This document shows, piece by piece, positions 42,663 through 56,804 of a stretch of 64,000 bases of DNA (position 1 is its first letter; each line of letters begins with the position of its first letter). The notes beneath the pieces were generated by a model. The model ran no database searches and had not been told where the DNA came from. It saw only the letters and a program-made list of their open reading frames with translations. The DNA lies in NCBI RefSeq assembly GCF_009914755.1, contig NC_060934.1. One strand, given 5' to 3'. The DNA comes from the human T2T-CHM13v2.0 reference genome, Homo sapiens. A program made the position numbers and the translations under genes.

Positions 42663-44369
42663 TCAAGCTGAATTTTTAAAATGGCATGTATGTGAAAGCT
42701 ACTTATTCATGTTGACAGTGAACACATTGCTGAAGAAAGACATTCATCTGGTACCTTGTATCATCAACACCACAACGCAAATGGTCATTTGGTCATAAAA
42801 GAAAAATTTCAAAAGTGAATCTTAAAGCACCACCTCCTGGATACAACCTTATCAGTGTAATTCCACTGTAAAACACACTTATCTCAAATGCACGACATCA
42901 AGTAATTGTTACTCAAACTGATGCAACTATGACCTGTAATGACGTGTGGTACACTGATGATGAGACTGTTGTCATTGGCATCAAAATCACGAAAATTTGT
43001 CTAAAACATTCTGAGTTGATAGATCGCTTGCTTTACCTCATCACAGAAGTATTTGTTCACGTCATTAATAATTGCTTACTAATAAGCTGAACTTCTCCCT
43101 GCTTGGGATGGGAGGTCTGCTTGGCAGAGCCGGACGCCTGAGCATGTGTCTGATTTTCCTTAAGTGATCTATGTGGTGAAGAGGGCTGTGGGGGACCATT
43201 GCAGACCCCACTGCACTAAGCCTGCTAGGTGATTTTTACCCAACAGTTCTCCTGGAGACCTGCTTAATATGTCCTTAAAGCCATTTAGTTCAGTGCCTGG
43301 GGGAGGAAAGTGGTCTTTATTCCCCAGCTCATACTTTGGGTACCTTATCCTCTCATTTTAGATTCACCCTCATCTTCACCAGCACACCCGCCCCTCACTT
43401 TGCCCTTTAGCTTCCCCAAGTTCGTGTACAGTGAAGCTGCTCCCTCCATCTTCTCAGAATCTGGACCTAGGGATTCCCGTAGTAGGTTTCTAGGAAAGGA
43501 AGACCAGGGCGCAGCACTGACAACCGGGATGGTTTTGCACGTCACCTGAGACCGTGAGAAATCATCAAGAGTCCTGCGGAGCCACCCTCAGTTGGTAGCT
43601 CATGGGCTATGAGTCTGGAAATTAAGGGAAAAAATGTTAGGACAAAAATAACAAAGCATAAGATCCTGGTGAAAATATTGAGCTTCCCAGAGGTTAAAAG
43701 CGTAGTCATTGCCACTGTGGTGAGAGAGTTATAAGGAGTGATGCTGATCGAAGTGGCCAATATTGGCGTTAATTCCCAAGTGGCTGAGTCAGTTACTAGT
43801 GAAGAATCAGTTTATTCAGGTGGCCCTGTGACTTGAGGTTGGATAAGGGGCTTTTGTGTGGGGTGAGAAGCAGCAGCTAAAGCCCCTGCTGAGCACTCCA
43901 TGTCTGCCACCTTATTTAATCCTGAAAACAATCCAACTTACAGATAGGCAAATGGAGAATGGCATCATTTGCCCAGCATAGCCCAAAAACTATGTAGGAG
44001 AGCCAGGCATGAAACCCAGGCATGACTTTAGAATGTGCTTCTTTCTCTTAACTATGCTCCTTCACCTGGAGTGGCGGCTGAGAAGGTTTGAGCATGGTCG
44101 CTATTAGCTAAAGAGACAGACGCTCTGGAAAGGAGCACACGATGTCATGTAATTATAAAACTAATAGGACTTGCCAGTGTTACTCATTCAATTCCCATGG
44201 CTTTTTGAAATGCATGCTTTTGCTATTCCCTATTTTATAGGTGTGAAAACTCAGGGAAGTAAATTAATCAAAGCCATGATGGGAGAGGCTCCTGCTCTGT
44301 GTGCTTGTGTGCTATGGATAGTAAGACGTGCACCATTTCCATTTTTCCAGAGAACTTCATCAGACAGAG

Positions 44370-44790
44370 TGGCTCGATGGTCACCAACTCCACCTCTTCA
44401 TCTTTCTGAGCCCAGAGCAGTATTCAAAGGACCTCTTACAGTTAGGCATGACATAGGACTGAGGCCCTGTCTGCTTGATGTAGGGAGAAGGAATGTGTAC
44501 CACTTCCAGGTTTGGGCCAACAAAACCCCCATGAGAAATGCCTCATATGCTATTCTGATCTGCTACTTTGGTGTAGTAGAGTTTGGTGAGTTGATAGCCA
44601 CAAGTGGACAATGTAGAGGAAAAGAGGGAAAAAGCCTGGGTCCCTGAATCACTGCCTGGAGGGAAGCACCCTGCTAATTAAGAGCCCTTGCTTTGGACAC
44701 GATATGAACAAGAAATACATTCCACAGTTGGGATCTGCTGAGATTTTGGAGTTTATTTATTATTGTGGCCATCTTCCTTTAACTAACACA
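44370..44790 (+). mobile_element. MLT1I/J-like LTR
   Basis: 'gtgtaccacttccagg', 'gcctgggtccctgaatcactgc', 'ctgagattttggagtttattt..ctaacaca'. Confidence 0.7.
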
Positions 44791-45213
44791 GCTATACAGT
44801 CAGTCATCTGTGATTCGAACATAAGCTATCTAGATGCAGGCTTGTTCCCAACCACCTCACTGAAATAAGCAAAATGGAACAAACAGTACAGTCATGAGCT
44901 GGGTGTAAAAAAGAGAATGTAACCAGCAGACTATTGTAAAATCAAAGCATTATATTTTCTTTCAAGATTAGAAAACTTGTCACTAATAAAATAACAATAA
45001 TGATTTATTCACAGTTTTAATTCTATGTGCTGAGAACTGAGCTTGACTGCGTTTGATCCCCCTAACACCATTTATAGTAAGTACCATGCTATCCCAGCTT
45101 TACAGATAAGGACACCAGTGCTTGGCAAGGCTAGGTAGTTAGGCCACGGTAATAAACTAATAGAATAAAGAGCCATTTGTAAAACCCTGATGCATTGATG
45201 GCAAATAATGTGA

Positions 45214-45547
<334 letters not shown>

Positions 45548-46298
45548 CTGGGGGATGTTTCTGACCGCAGCTGTTACTAGCCTCAGCCCAGGAAGGGTTT
45601 AATGTAGAATGGGCCAGGAGAGAACTCTGAGGAAGTGGGATCCACTCCAGACTGTGGCTAAAGAGAAAGAGGTCTGTAGCGAGGAAAGGCCTTGCCTGGG
45701 GCAGTCAGATGTGTGAGTGTTTGTGCATGTGCTTGTGTGTGTGTGTGCACATGGGTCTGTGTGAACAGTTATTGGACAAATCTGTAAAAAGTCTGTCCAT
45801 AGTGCTGTTTAGTTTTTCAACTAATTTATTTTCTGAAGCTGTCATCTAAAAAGCAAAAGAAAACAAAACAAAAACAAAAAGAAAACTTCTTCCAGGATTG
45901 AAAGCCATGCATTCCCAAACTAAATTTATGAAAATCCCTAGAATAGGACGTTAATAGAGTCTACTCCACAGCTATCATCTTGATAGGAATAGGAACTAAA
46001 CTCCTAACTGAAGAGGAAATGTGTTTGCTTTGGATATTTCTAAATGAAATATATCATTATGGCTCTGGGTGAGAGCCTTAGGCTAAGTGCTAAGAAGGTA
46101 GGGAGCTTAACCTAAATCTCCCTTGTCCACATGGCACTCACAGGTCAGTGAAGCACACGCTTTATATAAAGATGACGCAGTCGCATGAGGAAGGGATGTC
46201 CTGGCTGCAGCCATCTGCAACTGTTAATACGTTCATCCACGAGGTGTCCTTATTCATGTGTTGCTGTCTTAATAACATAACAGATATTTTAGAGGTGA

Positions 46299-46802
<504 letters not shown>

Positions 46803-47305
46803 TAGTAGTAGTAGTAGTAGACGAGAAAATAGAGGAAGCCCTAGAAACCAGCCAAGGTCATTTTATCTTACAGACAAAATTATGAATGAAAGCTGGAGTC
46901 CACACACACTCACACTCACACGCACATCCACAACTCTTCCTAAAGAAAATTGGAAAGGAAGATCTCTAAACCCAGCAACTCTAGATGAGATAGAAATGGA
47001 ACCAAAGAGAAAAATAAAACAAGACCATCTACGTTAATGGTCAGCGTCCATTCCTCCTTCTCTCCATGTCATTTCCCACACCAATCATTCTTTGTGATAC
47101 TAATTCCTCACACTGCCTCAGTGAATGAAGGTAATAGATGAAAATACTCGCCAACAGGAAGAGAGAGGAGCTCAGGGCTTGGCAGCATGTATCTGTAAAA
47201 GGCAATAACCAGAACAAAGAGTCGGTCTCCTAGATCTTCAAGGAGAGGCTTTGAATAATGTATGTGACTCTACCATGAAAGTCAAAAAGGAGTGTTATGC
47301 AGGCC

Positions 47306-47320
47306 CTAGCAGGGGGCGCT
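47306..47320 (+). promoter_or_regulatory. CTCF-like motif CTAGCAGGGGGCGCT
   Basis: One mismatch to the core CCASYAGRKGGCRC; TGCAG just upstream. Confidence 0.4.
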
Positions 47321-47835
47321 TACCATGCATTTTCTGCCTGGTGGCCTGATAGGGAGGAAGGAATCCCTTACCTCACAGGAGTGTCACTCATGTAAAACAT
47401 GGCAAAAATCCTAAGCAGCACACATGCTTATCTAAGTAAATTATTTATTTAAATCATAAGGAAAGAAAGAGGTCACAACTGAGTCAACTCAATTTCATAA
47501 ATTCTAGAATCTATGATTCTAGATCTGATCTAGATCTAACCCAGATCTAGATCTAGAATCCAGATCTGAAACATACCTTTGGGCTTTCAGAAAACATTAG
47601 AATGCAAGCAAGCAAGCAAACAAAACACACCAATTGATCGATAAACTAATTATGGATAAAAAGCCTGGCAAGGGGTGGTTGGTGGAAAGATTCTAGACCT
47701 GGTGGAATTGCAGGCAACCCAGAAGTTCTCTCTTCAGAGGGGAGGAAACCTCTGGTTGGACCCCAATGGCTCCCAGGGGTGCATTTGTTCCTTATCCTAA
47801 AATAGCAGAGAGATGAATTATGAAAAATAAGAATA

Positions 47836-48094
47836 CCTGAAACCAGATAGGGAGTACAACGTCCGAAGACAGCCTGAAACCAGATAGGGAGTACAACATC
47901 CGAAGACAGCCTGAAACCAGATAGGGAGTACAACATCCGAAGACAGCCTGAAACCAGATAGGGAGTACAACATCCGAAGACAGCCTGAAACCAGATAGGG
48001 AGTACAACGTCCGAAGACAGCCTGAAACCAGATAGGGAGTACAACGTCCGAAGACAGCCTGAAACCAGATAGGGAGTACAACGTCCGAAGACAG
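47836..48094 (+). repeat. 37-bp minisatellite (VNTR), 7 copies
   Basis: Unit CCTGAAACCAGATAGGGAGTACAAC(G/A)TCCGAAGACAG, head to tail with no spacers. Confidence 0.98.
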
Positions 48095-48864
48095 TCTACA
48101 TGTGCACATAGACACTAAGAAATCTTATTTATATGTGTTAGAATTAAATGGCCTGTGGGCTGCAGGGGACCTGGATGGGCAGGACCTGGCCTAGGGCTGC
48201 CCAGCAGACCCTGCACAATGGTGGACACCCCTGTGCTGTCCCACGTGGCAGCCAACAGCAGCTTATCCTTGAGCACTGGGAGTGTGGCCAGTGTGATGGC
48301 GGGGGGCTGGATTTCAAATCATATTTAATTTGAGTTTTTAAAATATAAATAGTAGACACAGGGAGCTGGTGGCTACTATATCAGAGAGCATAGATACAGA
48401 CTAATTCGACTATATTTATTTTTAATTGAAAACACAAATGTCACAATTAATTAATATGTATCATGAACCTGTGGTGTACGAAGTGCTCCAGAAAGCGCTT
48501 GCCTCACAATACTGCTGTTCTGTGGTGGTGAAGAGCTGAAATCCACACATTCTTCAAGCTTTCCTTCCGTATTTCTGTCTGTCCTGATGCTCTAGAACCT
48601 CCAAGCTCTAGAACCAAAACAAAGGCAGGGTATTGTCATGGATGACGTTTAGGGAGATTGGCAGGAAGTAGAAAATCATTTGCAGAGCTAGCTTGATTTA
48701 AATTTGAGGTATCTGTGGCGACCCAAATAATGTGCATGTAGACATTAAGAAATCTTATTTATATGTGTTAGAATTCAGTAACGCAATGCATCCTGCACTG
48801 CAGGTACTTCTTTACTTGAAAATAATCACTTTTATATTTTCTGTTCATAAGATACAATTCATGT

Positions 48865-49430
48865 TCTTTCCCTCCTTTCCTGTCCTTCCTGCCTTACTTC
48901 CTTTCTTTCCTCTCTTCTTTCTCTTTCTTTTTCCTTCCTTCCTTCCTTGCTTCCTTCCTTCTTTTCTTTCTCCCTCTCTCCTTCCTCCCTCCCTCTCTCT
49001 CTCTTTTCTCTCCCTTTGTCCTTCCCTTCCCCCTCTCCCTTCGTCCTTCCCTTCCCCCTCTCCCTTCCCTCCTCCTTCCCTTCCCTCCCATCCCTTGCCC
49101 TCTCTTCCCCTCCTCATCCCCCTTTTCCTCCCCTCCTCTCCCCTTCCTTTCCTTTCTCCCTCCTCCATTCCCCCCCACCCTTTCCACACCTCTCCTCCCC
49201 TTCCCTCCCCTCCCCCTCCTCTTCTCTACCCCCTACTCCTTCTCCCCCTCCCCTTCCCTCCCCTCCCCTTCACCGTCCTCCCTCTTCCTCTTTCTTTCCT
49301 TTCTTTTCTTTATTTCTTTCTTTACCTTCTACCCCTCTTCCTTCCTTCTCCTCCCCACTTTGTCCTGCTCTCCATTACCCTTCCTCTCTCCTCCCTCCCT
49401 CCCCCTCTCCCTCCCTCCCTTCCTGCTTCC
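48865..49430 (+). repeat. ~570-bp polypyrimidine (CT-rich) tract
   Basis: (CTTC)n, (CCT)n and (CCCT)n mosaic. Confidence 0.97.
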
Positions 49431-51688
49431 CTAGGCTATGTTTGGGGTATGGAAGTCATACCTGTGGACATTGCTTAAAAACTTTGCACTGGATAATTTA
49501 TTTTTGCTTTCATGAGACAATATTGAAAAACGGTTTCAAGAGGCAGCTTCACCAACAAGAATGGTTTTGGCTCCCGTGCTTTGGTGCATTTGGCATCGTG
49601 GTTAGAAATGCTGTGCTTGACAGGGACACGCCAGCTACCTGATGTGGACGTGGTAACAGCAGACCGTGGGCGGGTGTGAGGCAGGACTTTCCCTCCACTT
49701 CCCCAGCAGCTTAGACTATTTGGTCTCCAGCACACGCGCTCACAAGTGACTTGGCAAAGCTTACCTTTTGCCATACATGTGACTTTCTGGAGTGGCTTCT
49801 TCCTCTCTGTTCACAGGAGCTTGGGAAGCCACTTTGGGGCATCCCAGGGGGTGGGAATGGCGTCCTATCCCTGGGTCATGTCAGGTGGGGCCCTGCCCAG
49901 GGACTCCCTTCTCTAACCCCGAGGCTTTCCTTCCACTCTCTTGGCCTCGTCCCAGGGTCTTGGCTGCCAGAACTGAAGACGTGATGGTGCCTGATGTTAG
50001 CAGACGTTGAACATTTGACAGAAACGTTCTTGTAGGGGGAGGAGTGAAACAGAGAGCTAATAGGAAAAACAGTTTAATAAATGAATAAGTGAGGTTTAGG
50101 ACCAGAATTAGAATCGGTTTCTGAGTCAGCCTCAGGATTAGAGCTGGGAGAGAGACTGTCACAACATAGCACATCACTGGTTTTGGTGATTTTATTTTCT
50201 GTCATTCCTAATAATAAAACTGCTACAGACCAAACACTCACTGAGCCTAAGCCGCCAGCAGCTGCAGTTACTGCAACAGGATTTCTGCTATTTAGAAACA
50301 CTTCACTACATTTCTTTAGAAATTTTGATAAAGGTGGGCCTACATTGACCACACGAAGACCTTTGTGGTATTCAAAGTAACGTGACATACTAAAGCCAAT
50401 GACTTACTTATTTAATGTAGTGACACACGGTTTATACTAATAATCTACTAATTACTAAACTTTAATTAGTACACTGTCTATCTTTTTTGTATAAATATAT
50501 ATCTTGTGGTTTCATGTCGTCATGTCTGGCCCAAAGTCAACATACTCATATGTGTTGAATGATAAAGGTTTTAATTTATTATCATTATTATTGCCAAACA
50601 AATTGTCTATCTTTGTCATTGGCCTTTATAGGCACATGATTCTTCCTTTACAACTTTGTTTTTTGGTTTATAAAAATATTGTTTCTTACGTTTTAATACC
50701 TTGGAGCATGTGAAACCAAAAGAGGATTTAATTAAGACCAATTTGTTCTCCATGTGTGATGTCGTTGATGTATTCTTCTTAAAGTTATGTGAGATGCATG
50801 GGACAGACACAAGGAGCCCCATTCAGCAGCAAGACATAAACAGATTTGGTAGTTTCCTAAAGGTGCATCCCTCGCTGGTGGCAGATCTGGGTGCGAATGC
50901 GTCCTCGGTGAAGCTGGGTCGGCTCCTGGGAAGCTTAGCAACTCAGACACAAAGGTCAGAGCCTATTCCTTCACCACTGCACATTGTCTAAGAGGAGGTT
51001 GCAATGCATGCCATAGTCTAAAGACTTAAATGTTCAGAAGTCCTGTCTGAAGAAGGATAGAATCATCTTGCCTGCCCCAAATCTTTATCTTTAAAAATCA
51101 CACTTCTATCTTCAGAGTTACCGGATGGCCTCAATTGAATTATGATGATCAGATTTTAGGACATGAACTAACAACAAATTTTCTAAAATGTATAAAATGC
51201 ACCTATTATGCATAGGTCTAGAGATCACTAGAATGTTAGCAGGAAAGCTGCAGTTTTACCTGTATGGGCTAATTGCTGCATTTAATTTCATTAGCCAGTG
51301 GCGTGAATAACAACTTGTTTTGGCTTCAAACGTTTTGGTCCTAGATGAAAGAAAGTCATGCATTTCCCATCGGTATCATAGTAGAGTACAATTTATGTTT
51401 GCATGGCATATGATACTTTCACAATATTATTTATTTTTCTAACAAAAATACATGCTTGGCTATTTCAATAGGGCATGATGTCCTTACATAGTTGTGCCTG
51501 TGTTGCTATGGCCCTGACAGCATCACTCAGGGTTGTTGTGCGGAGCTGTATACTCTGAGTTGTCACGTGGGCATTAGAAACACTGCATGCACACACCCAC
51601 TCAGCACGCAGGCCTTCTTTCAAATTAAGTAGAAGGTAGTCTGCAGTGAGGAAACATAGTTTGTCTGTGTATAGAACTAGAGAGCTGA

Positions 51689-52060
<372 letters not shown>

Positions 52061-52164
52061 TTATAAAATTAAAAGTAAGTGAAGGTAGTCAGGATAGGCC
52101 TCCTGGAGAAGCAGATATCAGTGGTGCTTGGAAAAACATCATGGAATGTATCAGGCCTTTAGGT

Positions 52165-52529
52165 CCGCCATGTTCTCAATGTTTGTGCCTCTTCCAAATT
52201 CACAGGTTGAAGCTTAACCTCCAATATGGGAGTGCTGGCCGGGGGAGGGCTTTAGGATGTGATTCAGTCATGAGAGTGAAATCCTCATGAATGGGATTAG
52301 TGCCCTCATAAAGGAGTCCCCAAAGAAAAATCATTTGCCCCTTCTACCAGGCGAGGACACAGAGAGAAGGCATGGTCTATGAGCCAGGAAGCGAGGCCTC
52401 CCCAGATATGAGTCTGCTGGTGCCCTGATGTGGACGTCCGGCCTCCAGAACAGTGAGACATCAGTGTCTGCTGTTGATAAGCCACCCAGCTGTGGTATTT
52501 TGTTACAGCAGCCCAAAGAGACTAAGACC
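52165..52529 (+). mobile_element. MLT1A-like solo LTR
   Basis: 'ctcatgaatgggattagtgccctcataaa', 'gcctccagaacagtgaga', ends 'agcagcccaaagagactaagac'. Confidence 0.85.
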
Positions 52530-54543
52530 ACAGCAAATGGAAGGAGAGGCTCCTCAGTGTGTAAAGCTTTGTCACTTTTGGGGGGTGATTAGTGAGACAG
52601 AAAGACTGGACGAATCTCACTTCGGTCACAGTGAAGCATCCTGCCCTTGGCACTCGGTTGCAGGGCCAGAGTCTGTCTGCAGCCTCTAGTCGGGACTGGG
52701 ATTCCCAGGGGCTTCTTCGAGCTTTGGCCTCCCATTGGTCACTGGAGAATGAGTGGCCCAGAGCCTCACACTATTTGACTGTGGGACAGCTGAGGTACAG
52801 ATGCGTTTTCCTTGGAGAGTTGTAAAGAATTTTAAAATCAATAGTTAAGCATTGAAAAGTCCCAACTTGAGCTTCTCTCAACAAAACTTAATTTTCTAGA
52901 CACTGAGCGTTCTTCTTCCGTGGCCACCAAGCTCGAACTGGGAAGGGCCGGTGTCCCTAGGACCCATGACTGGTATCCAACATTCATACCCCAGGTGAGT
53001 TACTGCTGATCATCATGAAGCAGGATTCATTTTGTGACCATAAAAATATTTTTAGGAATGTATGTCTATCCAACCTGATAAAATGCAATACAGATACAGA
53101 GGGACATTTGCTTTCTCCCGAACTCACTTATGCTGTCGGTCTGGCTGCTGAAGTCATCTGAGTTTATGGTGAAGACCCACAGTCTCTAAGGGAAAGAGCC
53201 AAATTCATTGCTCTGCTCCAGGAATTCCCCTCACTGCCAAGCCATAATGCCTGGGCTCACTTTGCCCTAAGCACACAGGTCTCCTTGTGGTCTTCAGGCC
53301 CTCCAAAAAGGTTCCACCTTCAGGGTCTTCTCCTGCGACGTGAGTGCCAATAATCCTATCTGGCAGGAAGCGTAACCTTCCCCTTTGCATCCAATAACAG
53401 AGCTGTCTATTTATGTGAACCTTGCTTTGTTATCCAAACCCTGATTATTTTCAGATCAACTCGTGGTAATTTTATTTCCAGTTCACTCTCAGGAAACGTT
53501 ACTGTTCAGAGCATTTCTACTCAAAGGCGTTCTCAGTAAACAACCTAGAATGTTTTGTTTGATTGTTTTGCGTTCATTTTTTAAATCTCGAGAATATCAG
53601 TCTTGTTCAGCAGCCTTGAAAATCACAGCCCCTTGAATAGTAGTTTATTTATGAGGTTAGAATGAAACTTTGACTCTCTGGCAATTTGATGGGATAGATG
53701 TCAAAAGCCTACTAGACTGTGAGATTCTCTATGTCAGGGCCTGGAATTTGATGCTTTTGCTGCCACCAAATAGATGAAAGGGGGATAGAATTATTCAGTA
53801 GGATTATTTGATTGAATGACCCCAACCTCATAGGGAGGATCTTCTTAGGAAGCAACTGCGCAGCAGAGGCTAAGAAACGGGGGGTTGACATCCTCAGAGC
53901 CCACACAGAAAGGGGTGAAAGCCTGCAGGGGGTGGCCTCATCCCTGGTGAATGGGTGGCCTCATCCCTGGTGAATGGGTCGCCTGTTTGCTGGTCACATG
54001 GGACAGTGTCCACCACACCGGGGCTTCCTCAACACTGAACACCCTCAGGTCTACTAACTGCAAGGCTTGTGAATCACGAGAGCTTTGGGATTTTAAAACT
54101 TAGTCACAAGTCTCTTGATGTAAGCGATGTTTTCTATTATAATCTCAAGACACACATGAAGTGGTACACTAATAGAGAGAGTCACAAGACAGTCACATTT
54201 ACTTGATAAACCTCCAAAGATAGTTGGAAGGAAATCTGAAGATACAATGCAGAACAATGTTCCCTTTTTGCATTTGAGACTATTCATGTTATTGAAATAC
54301 AGATCAAACAGTGATTTCAGAATTGTGATGATCTGGTCAAAATGCCAGGAGGTTGGACTGTGGAAACTGTGGTCTGTGGGTAATGAGATGACAGAAATGA
54401 TTTTTAAATCTGCTGGTTTTTTTTTTTTTATTCCCCAACAGCTAATTTGGTGATAGAACTCAATTGCATTTTCATTTATTTTTAGGTATGTGGGGAATTT
54501 TTACATTTTACGTATTTTTTTTGAAAAAAATATGCTTTTATAT

Positions 54544-54762
54544 CAGTTGCTTTTTCATCAGTGGGGGAAATTTTGCCCCCCCCAGGAGGTATTTGGAAAT
54601 GTTTAGTGATATTTTTGGTGTCAGAACTGGGAAAAGGATGCTTCTGGCATCACGCAGGTGGAGGCCAGGGATAGAGTATCTGACAGTGCACAGATAATCC
54701 CCCCCAAGGAGAAATCTCCTGGTTGCAAATGATGCCAGTAGTGCTGGCGTTAAAAAATCCTG
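54544..54762 (+). mobile_element. MER20 (hAT-Charlie)
   Basis: 'ggggaaattttgcccccccaggaggtatttggaaatgt..ctggcatc..gtggaggccagggat'. Confidence 0.85.
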
Positions 54763-54764
54763 AC

Positions 54765-54958
54765 ATGCATGTGAGTGTGTGTGTGTGTATTACATGATGT
54801 GCATATATATATGTACAATATACATCTGTAACTAATGCATATACATACATATAGCATATATATGAAATCATGTATGTGATATTACATGTATTCATATGCA
54901 TGTATATCTGTGTGTACAGTATACATATATAACTCATGTATATACATACATATGTATA
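54765..54958. repeat. Alternating purine-pyrimidine (TG/TA/CA) low-complexity tract
   Basis: Directly visible. Confidence 0.9.
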
Positions 54959-55109
54959 TTTGGAAGAGGGAGGGAGATTGGAAGCCCCGTTCTTCAACTG
55001 TCCATGGGTCCACAAGCAAGTGCTAAATTTTATTTCCTGAGAAATTAAAACATCCTAAGTTCCAAAATAGCGGGAATTAAGAATAGAAAAAATACAATGT
55101 GCACTTCAA

Positions 55110-55241
<132 letters not shown>

Positions 55242-55589
55242 TTCAATTTTTTTAAAAATTAATTCAACAAAAGCCCAGACAAGAGAACTTTAAAAAGTAC
55301 GAGGCAAGGGCCCGCGATCGGAATCTCAGAACCCTCCCTGGCTGCTTCACCCACCACCTGTTCTGGGAACTCTCACCTTCTGAGCCTGGGATGCTTCCCT
55401 TTTAAAATGAGGCAAGTAATGAGCATCAAATTGAAAAAAAAGTGGGCAGTCACTTCCTAAACCCCAATGTACTTTAGAAAGAAAATATTCAAATAATCAG
55501 GGAGTGACGAAAGTTCAAGGAAAAGGGCTTAGGAGGGAATCAGAAGACTAATAATTTTACCGAAGAGTGAGAAAATTTGAGATTTTTTT

Positions 55590-55866
55590 TTCTATTTATT
55601 CATGTATTTATTTATTTTCTGAGACATGGCTCACTCTGTCACCCAGGCTGGAGTGCAGTAGTGCGATTAGGGCCCACCGCAGCCTTAACCTCTTGGCCTC
55701 AGGCGATCTTTCCATCTTGGCCTCCTGAGAAGCTGCAACTACAGGTATGTGCTACCATGCCTGATTAATTATTATTTTTTAAAATTTTTAGAGATGGCTG
55801 GTGTTGAACTCCTGGGCTTAAACAATTCTCCTGCCTCGGCCTCCCAACATGCTGGGATTACAGGCC
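55590..55866 (-). mobile_element. AluJ (diverged)
   Basis: Antisense Alu with J-type features. Confidence 0.88.
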
Positions 55867-56132
55867 TGATTTTTTTTTTTCTACAGTTGTTGCTGAAAGA
55901 CTCTTGAACTCCCTTTTAATTTTTCAGAAACAGTTTCAAGAAAGAAAATTTATTTCTAGGAATAATCTTTTAAAACCTTTGCCTTTATTACTGTGTTTGT
56001 TTCTGGTTCCTTTAATTTTGGCGGGACCATTTATCTACCTGGAGCTGCCTTATTCTAGGGACCTGCAGTGGTGCTCCCCAACTTAGAACAGATGTTCCTT
56101 CATGAATTCGAAAGCAGGTAGGGGTGATCTCA

Positions 56133-56466
<334 letters not shown>

Positions 56467-56804
56467 TGCGTTGTGATTGAAAAGTAAGGAAACTTGACAA
56501 CAGTAATTTAATGTGCCAGTTTCCCTCCTTCCATCTCAAGAGAAAACATATCATCAAGAGTTACTATCACAAATGCTCGCAATCATTTATACTATCGCAA
56601 ATCCTCACAATCATTTAAAAATAAAGTTGGAAATGGCATTCTAACACAATCCAGGCTTCCTCATTAGCACAGTCACTTGGTTTACCGCTGTGGTTGTATG
56701 CAGTCTGTGCACACCACGGGGCTCTGCACATATGCTCACACCAGAGCCTGTGCTCTGAGGTGCAACTTTCAGAGTAGAAACTCACATTGCCATAGTGCTT
56801 AAGC

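Noticed and set aside
47836-48094. 37-bp repeats as a CRISPR array
   Set aside because: Units are contiguous with no unique spacers, there are no cas genes, and the context is primate DNA; it is a minisatellite.
47646-48115. Three overlapping repetitive minus-strand ORFs
   Set aside because: They result from a stop-free 37-bp unit cycling through reading frames.
48732-49642. 248-aa and 231-aa Pro/Leu/Ser-rich ORFs and their antisense Gly/Arg/Glu-rich ORFs
   Set aside because: A pyrimidine-only tract lacks stop codons; these are low-complexity artefacts.
52900-52994. Plus-strand exon-like segment ending CAG|GTGAGT
   Set aside because: The acceptor is weak and it lies in a probable MER102-like relic; support is insufficient.
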